DNA of 32,000 bases from Nitrososphaerota archaeon. Its GTDB lineage: Archaea > Thermoproteota > Nitrososphaeria > Nitrososphaerales > Nitrosopumilaceae. Shown piece by piece: positions 15,987 to 24,142 of the stretch. The DNA lies in contig JAGWGU010000002.1 of NCBI GenBank assembly GCA_028867275.1, positions 21,222 to 53,221 on the forward strand. The letters are read 5' to 3'. The translations under genes were made by a program, and so were the position numbers. Below the pieces are notes generated by a model. The model made no database searches, was not told the DNA's origin, and saw nothing but the letters and a program-made list of their open reading frames with translations. Each line of letters starts with the position of its first letter. Positions within the stretch are counted from its first letter, which is position 1.

Positions 15987-17043
15987 TTCAAGTTTACAGC
16001 AAAAACTTAGTAATTGTTCAACACAAAGTTTGGCAACGGTAATTTCTTGACACATAGACATTCCATCTTTTCCTTTCACTCCGTGTCCAAATTTGTACAG
16101 TCTTTTAGACTGAAATTTTCTCTCTAAAACTTCCAAAAACCTCTGAATCAGACTAGAATCCATCACAACTTTGCCTTCTCTAGTCCACGTGTAACTTTTA
16201 GTATTGATCAAATTATTGTGATTATTTGCAAATTTGTACACCGAATACTCCACCAACCACCTGAAAGGCTCAATCAAATCATACACTACGCTTGAAAACC
16301 CGAATGAGAACGATGGTAGAATCCATAGTAAGCATCTAATCCAAAACCATTGACAAACTTGCAAATCTCACCAGCAAGAACAGTGTAACCATAATTCAGT
16401 AAAGCATTAATGATATCAGAGGCATATCTGTTAGAAATACGACCTCCACCACCACGCCTTGAATCAAACTTGTATTTTGGATCAAATAGTTTAGCATAAT
16501 TTCCAAAATAGATATGTCCACTTCTAGACTCGTTTACCAGAAAGTCCTTCAATTCCGATAGATTCTCAACCTGTTTTTGGTATAATTCCAGTTTAGAAAT
16601 TGCCTGATACAGTTCAGGTTTTTCTAAAGACTTGAAGACATTAATCTGACTCTCTAACTTGTCTGAAAGAAGTTTTCTTCTAAGATATTTCACCTTGTCA
16701 GGATCTCGAAATGAATCATACTGACCCATTCTGTATCTTGTAGAGGTAGCACTTGACCTGATGCCATTCATACTGGAAACAGGATTTCCGTAGGTATCTG
16801 TTAGAATGACATTGACATTTTTCTCTGATAGTAACTTGATTGCATCAGTGGATACATACCCCTACCTGAGATTACTATTTTTTCATAAGGCATACGAGTG
16901 ACAAAATATTCTTCTTTTTCGGCATGACCAAAAAGATCAGTGCCATTTCGTAATGAAATTTTGTTATCTTTTAGAGTGATGGATACACCGTAGCCACGAA
17001 GCAGTTTTACGTTATAGTGGTTTTTCTTTCCTAGAAGGGTCAT
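15981..17043 (-). pseudogene. cas1: Cas1 homologue (Cas1-solo / casposase-like) interrupted by two 1-nt frameshifts
   Basis: Three consecutive minus-strand ORFs join into about 354 aa. Motifs: LRGYGVSI...EKIVISG|RGYVSTDAIKLLSEKNVNVILTD...NESRSGHIYF...NALLNYGYTVLAGE...GLDAYYGFYHRSHSGFQ|SVVYDLIEPFRWLVE. These cover the Cas1 N-terminal domain and the E/H/D-E catalytic motifs. The frameshifts fall in a G4 run (about 16859-16865) and at CAAGC (about 16289-16296). Confidence 0.85.
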
Positions 17044-17047
17044 GAAC

Positions 17048-17956
17048 TCAATCTTCGTAAAGTGATCGTTGTTCTGTCGGATTTGTACCTAGTATTACTG
17101 TCATGATGTCTTCTGGAATGCATCTTTCGGAATTAGGATTAACTACGTGAAATTCTTCAGTACGAATAACCTGCTCATCGGTAAGTGTATCTAGAAAAAT
17201 ATATTCGTTGAGAATCCAAATCAGCATTACCTTAGGCATTGAAGATATAATAATTCCAATTTCGTGTTTTAATTCGGTAATTTCTTTCTCAATGAGTTGA
17301 TTGTTTGTAGATATCTCGATGGCTATTATTCCTGTAGCATTAAATGATTCTAGTTGGTTATTTGCAACGTGAATTGTGTCTGTAATATTTGAAACACTGT
17401 AGGAATTCTTGGAACGTTTCTTTTTACATTCCACTAAGGTTGAACCAGAACTAGAAGTTATTCGTAAGTCAGGGGTTTGTTCATTCCTTAATTCTTTGAT
17501 AAATTCTACTCTAAAACCACCATTTAAAAAATAATTTGCGACCTTCAGTTCAAAATAAGTGCTGTCAAACTTATCTATTGGAATGACTTGGTCTTTTTTT
17601 CTGTTCTCTTTAGCGTATGCCCTAAGTTTAGTTTGAATATTGGTCTTACCTAGTAAATTTTTAAGAAATACTGCAAACGCAATTAGACGTATGAACTTAC
17701 TAGGGTCTCCGCTACCCAAGTAATAAGAAATAGGAGATTGATTATTTCTTGAAAGCGTTTGGACATCAAACGATGCATTCATTTCTTTTCCAGCTCTTTC
17801 ATACCATTCTTTTCCAAGTACATGCAAAATAATCTGGAGTGCCATTAGAAGTTCCTGGACGTTATGATTGTGTCTAGGATCATCGGGTTTGCCTGCTACA
17901 CGCAATGCGTCTTGTTGTATTTGTGATTTTTCAGGATCAGAAAAAAGTTTCAACAA
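17048..17956 (-). CDS. PD-(D/E)xK nuclease-fold candidate (302 aa), immediately upstream of cas1
   Basis: The segment YFELKVANYF...GFRVEFI...TPDLRITSSSGSTLVECKKK gives the ordered E ... PD ... ExK pattern of restriction-endonuclease-like folds. The N-terminal ~130 aa are helical with no match. TTG start; the stop lies 4 nt before the cas1 ATG. Confidence 0.6.
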   Translation of the reverse strand: MLKLFSDPEKSQIQQDALRVAGKPDDPRHNHNVQELLMALQIILHVLGKEWYERAGKEMNASFDVQTLSRNNQSPISYYLGSGDPSKFIRLIAFAVFLKNLLGKTNIQTKLRAYAKENRKKDQVIPIDKFDSTYFELKVANYFLNGGFRVEFIKELRNEQTPDLRITSSSGSTLVECKKKRSKNSYSVSNITDTIHVANNQLESFNATGIIAIEISTNNQLIEKEITELKHEIGIIISSMPKVMLIWILNEYIFLDTLTDEQVIRTEEFHVVNPNSERCIPEDIMTVILGTNPTEQRSLYED

Positions 17957-17974
17957 TTTAGAAGGATCTTTTAA

Positions 17975-18034
17975 TGTTCTAAAGTTTTACGACAACGACA
18001 TGTCCCCAAGCATAATTTGGGGGTAAACCATTTT
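17975..18034 (+). repeat. terminal-type repeat copy Z, abutting the aEF-2 stop codon
   Basis: See copies X and Y. It ends GGTAAACCATTTT immediately before TTA (the reverse-complemented stop) at 18035. Confidence 0.75.
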
Positions 18035-20227
18035 TTACTCGCTGTCGACGTACTCGTCTGGTGTTGGCACTTCGGGGGCCAATCCTTTTCTCTTTCGTAT
18101 ATCGCCAATTACCTTGGTCAGGATGGAGTTTGGAACTGGAGTCCATGCCTTGAAATGAGTGTTCCACATTGCACGTCCTGCAGTCTGTCCACGCATTATC
18201 TCTGACAAGTCAAATGTCTCAGATGCTGGAAGCTCACCTGATATGATATGTATGACACCTTTTTGTTCCATATTTAGCACCTTGCCTCTCTTGCCAGAAA
18301 TTACACCTGCAACGTTACCAATCATTTCTTGTGGCACACGTACCTCTATTCCAAGTGTTGGTTCAAGCAACACAGGCTGTGCCAAAAGCATTGATCCAGT
18401 ACAGGCTCTTCGAGAAGCAGGTCCTAGTTGTGATAGACCTCGGTGAGCTGGATCCTCGTGTGGAACAAAGTGCGTAAACGTAAACTTGGCACCCCTTACC
18501 TGTTCTCTTGCAAGTGGACCCTCTTTAACAGAATCTTCAAAACCTGAAAGTATAGAATCTGTAGATTCTCCAACAAACTGGACACCCTTGGTCCCATCTA
18601 CCATGACATTACCTCTTACATCAAATCTCATTACACGTTTTGCCTCGTCGCCATCCCATCCTGCATCTTTTAGAATCTTGGCAACTTCCTTCTTATCCTT
18701 GTATTCGTTTAATGTTCCGTTTCTTATCATCTCAGCAATCTTTTCATCCAATGGTTCTACTTTCATGAAGATCTTGTTGTGTCTGTTAGGTGACTTGGAC
18801 ATGATAGGTCCAGCAGAGCCACGAATTGTCTCTCTATAATTAATCAATGGCTGAGATGTGATAATATCCACCTTGGCATCTGCAATCAATGCAGTTGCAA
18901 TCTCCAGGTGCAGCACACCCATGCCAGCAATTACAGTCTCACCTGATTCTTCGTTAATTTTTACAACCAGGTTAGGGTCTTCTATTGTAATACGGTTTAA
19001 TGCTTCAACAAGTTTTGGCAAGTCCTTGGGATGTTTTGGCTCTACTGCAATTTGCACGACAGGCTCTGATACATACTGGATTCCCTCAAATGCCTGGATA
19101 CCTGCAATAGATGACAAAGTTTGACCTGCTCTTGCATGCTCTAGTCCAAGCAAAGCTGGAATATTTCCTGCCGCAAGTTCTCCCACCATTTCTCTTTGGT
19201 TACCCATGAAAAAGTTGACAGATTGGACTCTGCCTTCCCGTTTTGTATCAATCAAGTGTATCCTGTCACCATCTTTTATCTTGCCAGAGAATAGACGCCC
19301 TATTGCAACAGGACCAGCTGCAGGATCTACTGTCATGTTTACAATCATCATCACAGTGGGGCCGTTATCATCACAGTTCAAAAGTGCTTTACCAATATCA
19401 GAATCTAAATCACCCTTCCAAATCTTTGGGATCCTATATTTTTGTGCAACATCAGGAGATGGATGATGTTTTACAACCATTCCAAGTACTGCGTCATACA
19501 ATGGAGCCTTTTCTGCCAATTTTTTGACATCGCCGCCCTCAGAATATGCTTCATAGATATCCTTAAACGAAATTCCTTTCTTCTTCATCACATCTGCATT
19601 AAATCCCCACTTGTCCTTTGCAGAACCAAATGAGACACTACCGTCCTGGATGCTTACCTTCCACTTTTCCTTGTATTCAGGCTCTGCGTAAATGTCAACT
19701 AGTCTGTTAAAGTTGGTAATAATCTCAAGTAACCATTCTTGCATCTTATCTGGAGGCAATCTTAGCTCCTTTATGAGACGGTCAATTTTGTTTATGTAAA
19801 GAACAGGTCGCACTCTTTCTTCTAATGCCTGACGGGTTACAGTCTCAGTCTGTGTCATGATACCTTCAACTGAATCTGACACCACAACTGCACCGTCAAT
19901 TGCTCTAAGACTTCTTGTTACTCTACCAGTAAAGTCAATGTGTCCTGGAGTGTCTATCATGTTGATTACATATTCTTCTCCATTTTGTTCATAAAGTAAA
20001 GTAACGTTTGCCTGGACGATTGTCATCTGTCTGTCTTGTTCAAGTTTCATCGAATCAAGTGCAAGAGCTTGTCCTGCAACAGATGGACTGATGATACCAC
20101 TAGATGCAAGAAGACTATCACTCATGGTTGTCTTTCCGTGGTCTACGTGAGCTATGACTCCAAAGTTGCGAATGTTCTTCTTATTACCAATAATGCTTAG
20201 AATTTGATCTGTCGCCTTGAACTTCAT
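18035..20227 (-). CDS. fusA: translation elongation factor 2 (aEF-2)
   Basis: 730 aa with GTPase motifs AHVDHGKTT, DTPGH and NKID. The diphthamide-site motif HEDPAHRG is present and the protein is full length. Confidence 0.97.
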   Translation of the reverse strand: MKFKATDQILSIIGNKKNIRNFGVIAHVDHGKTTMSDSLLASSGIISPSVAGQALALDSMKLEQDRQMTIVQANVTLLYEQNGEEYVINMIDTPGHIDFTGRVTRSLRAIDGAVVVSDSVEGIMTQTETVTRQALEERVRPVLYINKIDRLIKELRLPPDKMQEWLLEIITNFNRLVDIYAEPEYKEKWKVSIQDGSVSFGSAKDKWGFNADVMKKKGISFKDIYEAYSEGGDVKKLAEKAPLYDAVLGMVVKHHPSPDVAQKYRIPKIWKGDLDSDIGKALLNCDDNGPTVMMIVNMTVDPAAGPVAIGRLFSGKIKDGDRIHLIDTKREGRVQSVNFFMGNQREMVGELAAGNIPALLGLEHARAGQTLSSIAGIQAFEGIQYVSEPVVQIAVEPKHPKDLPKLVEALNRITIEDPNLVVKINEESGETVIAGMGVLHLEIATALIADAKVDIITSQPLINYRETIRGSAGPIMSKSPNRHNKIFMKVEPLDEKIAEMIRNGTLNEYKDKKEVAKILKDAGWDGDEAKRVMRFDVRGNVMVDGTKGVQFVGESTDSILSGFEDSVKEGPLAREQVRGAKFTFTHFVPHEDPAHRGLSQLGPASRRACTGSMLLAQPVLLEPTLGIEVRVPQEMIGNVAGVISGKRGKVLNMEQKGVIHIISGELPASETFDLSEIMRGQTAGRAMWNTHFKAWTPVPNSILTKVIGDIRKRKGLAPEVPTPDEYVDSE

Positions 20228-20285
20228 GGTTTAGCTAAATCCTTTTCCAGCCGGTATTAAACGTTTAGAAGAATTATAAAAAAAA

Positions 20286-21158
20286 TTAGTAGATCATGGA
20301 AGAACTAGCATTTCTCAATTTCTTTGCCGCTACAAAGAAGCATTCTTTTTTGTTTTTTATTTTGGCCAAGTGCAGTGACAAAAATTCTGAAACAAAGATG
20401 AAAAAGATAACTTGTCCTATTGGATCATTTGTTGGAGGATCGATCAGTATAGGATGCAGTCCACATTTTTTTATCTGCCTTACAAGTTTTTCATTATGCT
20501 TGTTCCTTTTTTCAAATATTACTACAGTATCGCCTTTTCTTGATGAAAACAGTCCCATGTGAGAGAACTGCTCTATTCGCTCATAGCGTGCATCTGCCCC
20601 TAAAACCTCCTGTAATTTTGCTGCACAAAACATTGCTATTGGAAAGCTGTACAGATTCCCTAAAACATAGACCCTGCCGTGAATCGGTTTTTTGGATACC
20701 TTAAAAGCCATTTTGTACAGTTTGTGGTAATTTGGCATCTTGAATTTAGTCACAAGTGAGATGCATGTAAGAGCACTTGCAAGTAAGCTAATACTTCCTG
20801 CAGTCTGGATTCCGGTGTTGTCAAATTTCAAATGAATTATACCATCACATGCATTGGCAAGTTTGCTTTGTGGATTTGCAGTAATTGCAGTAGAGATTTT
20901 AGATTGTCTTGCAAGTTGGATATTGGATATAGTATTTCCTGAAATTGATATTAGATACAAATGATGATCATTCAAGAGTCTTTTGTATTTTGATATGTCA
21001 AGTGGATCTAGTGCCTTTATCCTAAAATCAGAAAAGACTTCGCCAAGTTGTGCAGATACAAAAGAGTCTCCAGCTCCACAGAATATGGCCTTTTGTTGAT
21101 TCTGTATAGAGAGTTGCTTGGAAGGCTCAAAGTATTCTAAAAATTCAAGTTGCATCAT
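20286..21158 (-). CDS. SIS (sugar isomerase) domain protein
   Basis: CGAGDSFVSAQ...YLISISGNTISN is a typical SIS fold, with a second SIS-like half. I chose the start at the MMQLEF Met pair, because the track's longer N-terminus would overlap the divergent mqn gene. Confidence 0.65.
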   Translation of the reverse strand: MMQLEFLEYFEPSKQLSIQNQQKAIFCGAGDSFVSAQLGEVFSDFRIKALDPLDISKYKRLLNDHHLYLISISGNTISNIQLARQSKISTAITANPQSKLANACDGIIHLKFDNTGIQTAGSISLLASALTCISLVTKFKMPNYHKLYKMAFKVSKKPIHGRVYVLGNLYSFPIAMFCAAKLQEVLGADARYERIEQFSHMGLFSSRKGDTVVIFEKRNKHNEKLVRQIKKCGLHPILIDPPTNDPIGQVIFFIFVSEFLSLHLAKIKNKKECFFVAAKKLRNASSSMIY

Positions 21159-21228
21159 TATCTCGCTTTCAAAGGCAGCGATTGTGGACACGAACTTGAT
21201 TTTTATAATAGACATAAAAATCATCTTT

Positions 21229-22050
21229 ATGGATATCACAATAGGACACACTCCTGATGCGGATGATGCGTTCATGTTCTACGGAATGCTAAGTGGCAAA
21301 GTTACCTCACCGCTCTTTAATGTAAAACATGTTGTTGAAGATATAGAGACTTTAAACAAACGAGCCTTGACACACGAACTTGATGTGACTGCAGTATCCG
21401 CTCATGCTTGTGCATATCTCAAGGATTACACAATACTAAGAAGCGGCGGAAGTTTTGGAAAAGGTTATGGTCCCATTGTAGTTTCAAAGCAAAACGTTTC
21501 AGTAGAAAAATTAAGAGACTCCAGGATTGCAATTCCCGGAAAACTTACTTCGGCGTTTCTTCTTCTAGAATTAATGATTGGCAAGTTTGACTATACAGAG
21601 ATGAAATTTAGTGACATCCCAGATGCAGTTGCAAGCGGACAAGTGGATGCAGGTCTAGTCATACATGAGGGACAGATTACATATGACCAAAAAAACCTGG
21701 TAAAACTTCTCGATGTTGGTTCCTGGTGGAGAGATAGTACGGGAGGATTGCCTGTTCCATTAGGTGTAAACGTAATGAGCAACCACTTTGGAGTAGACAC
21801 AATCAAAAAGTTTGACGAGTTTTTCCGAGAGTCAATCGTATACGGCATGGCAAGACCAAGTGAGGCACTAGACTATGCAATGCAGTATGGCAGGGGACAG
21901 TCAAAGGAGACAATTGACAAGTTTGTTAGAATGTATGTAAACGATGTAACAATTGAGATGGGCGTACTAGGAGAGCAAGCAATCAGGAATTTGTTCCAGT
22001 TTGGAATAGAAAAGGGTCTTGTTCCACAATTTGAGCTTCGCATAGCTTAA
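21229..22050 (+). CDS. menaquinone (futalosine pathway) biosynthesis protein, MqnA/MqnD family
   Basis: From ATG 21229: MDITIGHTPDADDAFMFYGM...VEDIETLNKRA...LDVTAVSAHA...RSGGSFGKGYGPIVV, a periplasmic-binding-like fold family (VitK2 biosynthesis). It looks closer to MqnD than MqnA, but I cannot tell them apart by eye. Confidence 0.75.
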   Translation: MDITIGHTPDADDAFMFYGMLSGKVTSPLFNVKHVVEDIETLNKRALTHELDVTAVSAHACAYLKDYTILRSGGSFGKGYGPIVVSKQNVSVEKLRDSRIAIPGKLTSAFLLLELMIGKFDYTEMKFSDIPDAVASGQVDAGLVIHEGQITYDQKNLVKLLDVGSWWRDSTGGLPVPLGVNVMSNHFGVDTIKKFDEFFRESIVYGMARPSEALDYAMQYGRGQSKETIDKFVRMYVNDVTIEMGVLGEQAIRNLFQFGIEKGLVPQFELRIA

Positions 22051-22080
22051 GTTATTTACCACACTTTAGAAATTACTCCA

Positions 22081-22359
22081 ATGGACAAACGTGTCTTTGC
22101 ACTAGGCATTACAATGCTTGTAGTGGGTTTTGCATCTTATGCATATCTTGCTGAAACAGAACCTGCTGGAAAGGCGGACATGACAGATGAAGAAAAGACT
22201 GCGTTCAATCAGGATCTAGTGGTAAACATGGGTCTTAGAAACATTGCAGGACTTGTTGGTGGCCTTGGCTTTTTCATCACACTTATCAGCATCGGACTAA
22301 AACGCAGAAAAAAAGGTGGGGAAGGAAAAACAGTTACGCAAAAGCCCGCAGAAATTTAG
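22081..22359 (+). CDS. small membrane protein (2 TM)
   Basis: 92 aa with two hydrophobic helices and a basic C-terminus. Confidence 0.5.
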   Translation: MDKRVFALGITMLVVGFASYAYLAETEPAGKADMTDEEKTAFNQDLVVNMGLRNIAGLVGGLGFFITLISIGLKRRKKGGEGKTVTQKPAEI

Positions 22360-23453
22360 AATTTTTTTATAACATTGAAGAACGTGTCTCTTTGTGCAGG
22401 TTCACGTCCAATTTCTTTTATCATGTTTGCTAGTTCAATGATGGAAGAGTTTGTCCCCTTGCCTGCTGCGCGATAAATCTCCTCAGAGAATGCAGTTCCC
22501 ACCAAGTCATTTCCACCATATGTCAGTGCAACTTGTGCAAGCTTTTTGCCCAGTGCAACCCAGTATACTGAAATATTGTCAAGTTGGCCTGCAAGCATCA
22601 GTCTTGATACTGCAGTCACTCTAAGATCATACGTAGAGGAGCTTTCAGATGTTACCAGCCCCTTCTTTTCAAGTTCAGTGTTGTCAAGGCTGAACTTTAG
22701 CGGTATCAATGTAAGAAATCCCTTGGTCCTCTTTTGTACTTCTCTTATTTTTACAAGGTGGTCAACGATATGTTCAGGTTTTTCAATATGTCCAAAAAGC
22801 ATCGTCACGTTGCTCTTGATTCCAAGGTTGTGGGCCTGCTCTATGGTATCAAGCCACTCTTGCCCAGAGCACTTGCCGCGAACTATCTTGTTTCGTATGT
22901 CAGGATGAAATAGTTCAGCTCCTCCTCCAGGCATTGTATCCAAGCCAGCTGCCTTTAGTCTGGTCAACACCTCTTTTACAGAATTTTTTGTCAGTCGTGC
23001 AATGAAAAAAACTTCAGCTGCAGTAAGTGCCTTGATGTGCATCTCAGGATGGCTTTTTTTTATTGTACGAAACATTTCTTCATAGTATTCAAGTGGAAGT
23101 TCGGGATGAAAACCGCCAACAATGTGAACCTCTGTTGCACCCAGGTCCTTTGCAATTGCAACACGGCCTTCGATGTCTTTTGCAGATAACATATATGCAT
23201 CAGACTCGTTTCCCTTTCTGTAAAATGCGCACATTTGGCAGCTTGCGGCGCAGACGTTTGTGTAATTCAAATAATATGATGCTGCAAAAGTTACCTGCTG
23301 TCCAACTCTTTTTTGTCTAATCAGATCTGCTGCGGCACCCAACATGTAGAGGTTGTCATAAGCCATCAGTTCCACTCCATCATCATATGTGAGCTCTTCT
23401 CCCGCAATGGCTTTCTCAAGTGCCTTTGATTCCTTGACTAGCTTTTCCAGCAT
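22356..23453 (-). CDS. radical SAM enzyme of the MqnC/MqnE (CofH-like) family
   Basis: CAASCQMCAF (CxxxCxxC), GATEVHIVGG, MPGGGAE and TMLFGHIE are typical of futalosine-pathway radical SAM enzymes. I chose ATG at 23453 over the track's TTG at 23477. Confidence 0.85.
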   Translation of the reverse strand: MLEKLVKESKALEKAIAGEELTYDDGVELMAYDNLYMLGAAADLIRQKRVGQQVTFAASYYLNYTNVCAASCQMCAFYRKGNESDAYMLSAKDIEGRVAIAKDLGATEVHIVGGFHPELPLEYYEEMFRTIKKSHPEMHIKALTAAEVFFIARLTKNSVKEVLTRLKAAGLDTMPGGGAELFHPDIRNKIVRGKCSGQEWLDTIEQAHNLGIKSNVTMLFGHIEKPEHIVDHLVKIREVQKRTKGFLTLIPLKFSLDNTELEKKGLVTSESSSTYDLRVTAVSRLMLAGQLDNISVYWVALGKKLAQVALTYGGNDLVGTAFSEEIYRAAGKGTNSSIIELANMIKEIGREPAQRDTFFNVIKKF

Positions 23454-23534
23454 GATACCACTTGAACCCGGTATCAATATAAAATTAACAGGTCATTCGC
23501 TAGATTATTGTACATCAACAATACCACGATTTTC

Positions 23535-23933
23535 ATGAAACTGCACCATGTTGGCATTGTAGTAAGCAATATCCATGAATCCTTGGGCGAGCTCAAAAGA
23601 TACCTAAACTTTGAGACTGTAAGTACCATAATGCCAGTTGGCAGTCAAAAAGTCAACATCTGCCTCATGAAGATAGGCGATCCATTTCTAGAATTGATAG
23701 AGCCTGCGTCACCTGATTCTCAGATTAGCGAGTTTGCCAAGTCCGGCGGCGGAATACATCACCTCTGTTTTGAGGTAAAAGATATCGAATCAGAACTAGA
23801 GTCACTTTCAAGAAAAGGTGCAACCATTCTGGTAACTCCTGTCAAAGGTTTTGACGAGCGCCGCATTGCATTTGTGGATTTGAATACAAAGAATACAAAA
23901 TGCGGTCTTGTTGAACTCTTGGAGATAAAATAA
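23535..23933 (+). CDS. mce: methylmalonyl-CoA epimerase (VOC/glyoxalase fold)
   Basis: MKLHHVGIVVSNI...LELIEP...S.ISEF....GGGIHHLCFEV.DI...L...GA...GF..RRIAF is the typical MCE pattern. I chose ATG at 23535. Confidence 0.8.
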   Translation: MKLHHVGIVVSNIHESLGELKRYLNFETVSTIMPVGSQKVNICLMKIGDPFLELIEPASPDSQISEFAKSGGGIHHLCFEVKDIESELESLSRKGATILVTPVKGFDERRIAFVDLNTKNTKCGLVELLEIK

Positions 23934-23938
23934 TACGC

Positions 23939-24142
23939 TTATTTTGTAGATTCTAATTTCAGAATTTCTTTAGTAGCAATTATTTTTTCAGATTCAAAAG
24001 TTCCTCTTTGTTCATTGCTAAGATTTTGTCCTTTGAGTTTCTCATCCAATTGATTTATTCTTGTTTTGTAGACCTCAATCGATGCAGATATAGTTTTTTT
24101 CTTGTTCATAGCATACATCAGATCAGACTGTAGATTTAACAA
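23939..24142 (-). CDS. small coiled-coil protein, paralogue of 5032-5262
   Basis: See 5032-5262. The upstream leader ATTGTTAAATCTACAGTCTGA is shared. The true start may be the internal ATG (MNKKK). Confidence 0.45.
   Translation of the reverse strand: MLNLQSDLMYAMNKKKTISASIEVYKTRINQLDEKLKGQNLSNEQRGTFESEKIIATKEILKLESTK

Larger units (their letters stand above)
13925..18034 (-). mobile_element. casposon-like / Cas1-solo element remnant at the 3' end of aEF-2 (no PolB)
   Basis: Bounded by ~75-bp imperfect inverted repeats (13925-13997 vs 18049-17975). Content is cas1, a nuclease-like gene, a membrane protein and a gene fragment. It abuts the aEF-2 stop. Confidence 0.55.

Noticed and set aside
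15981-17956. Search for a CRISPR array or cas2/cas4 next to cas1
   Set aside because: No regularly spaced 25-40-nt repeats occur anywhere in the window, and no Cas2- or Cas4-like ORF flanks cas1. Hence I call it Cas1-solo, not a CRISPR locus.
10300-18034. Search for a family-B (protein-primed) DNA polymerase expected in a casposon
   Set aside because: No ORF or ORF fragment in the island shows exonuclease or polymerase motifs such as YxDTDS. The polymerase is absent or eroded beyond recognition by eye.
17979-18205. ORFs 17979-18167(-) and 18017-18205(+) spanning the aEF-2 stop and terminal repeat Z
   Set aside because: They overlap the aEF-2 3' end out of frame or antisense and show no motif. 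The sequence is better explained as gene end plus repeat.
18159-19633. Several + strand ORFs (18159-18446, 18486-18839, 18858-19124, 19206-19466, 19243-19527, 19442-19633)
   Set aside because: All lie antisense inside the well-supported aEF-2 CDS and have low-complexity S/P/I-rich translations. They are shadow ORFs.
21118-21275. Long N-terminal extensions of both divergent genes (SIS ORF to 21275; Mqn ORF from 21118)
   Set aside because: The extensions overlap each other and are I/K/F-rich translations of the AT-rich promoter spacer. The internal starts at 21158 and 21229 leave a sensible 70-nt divergent intergenic region.
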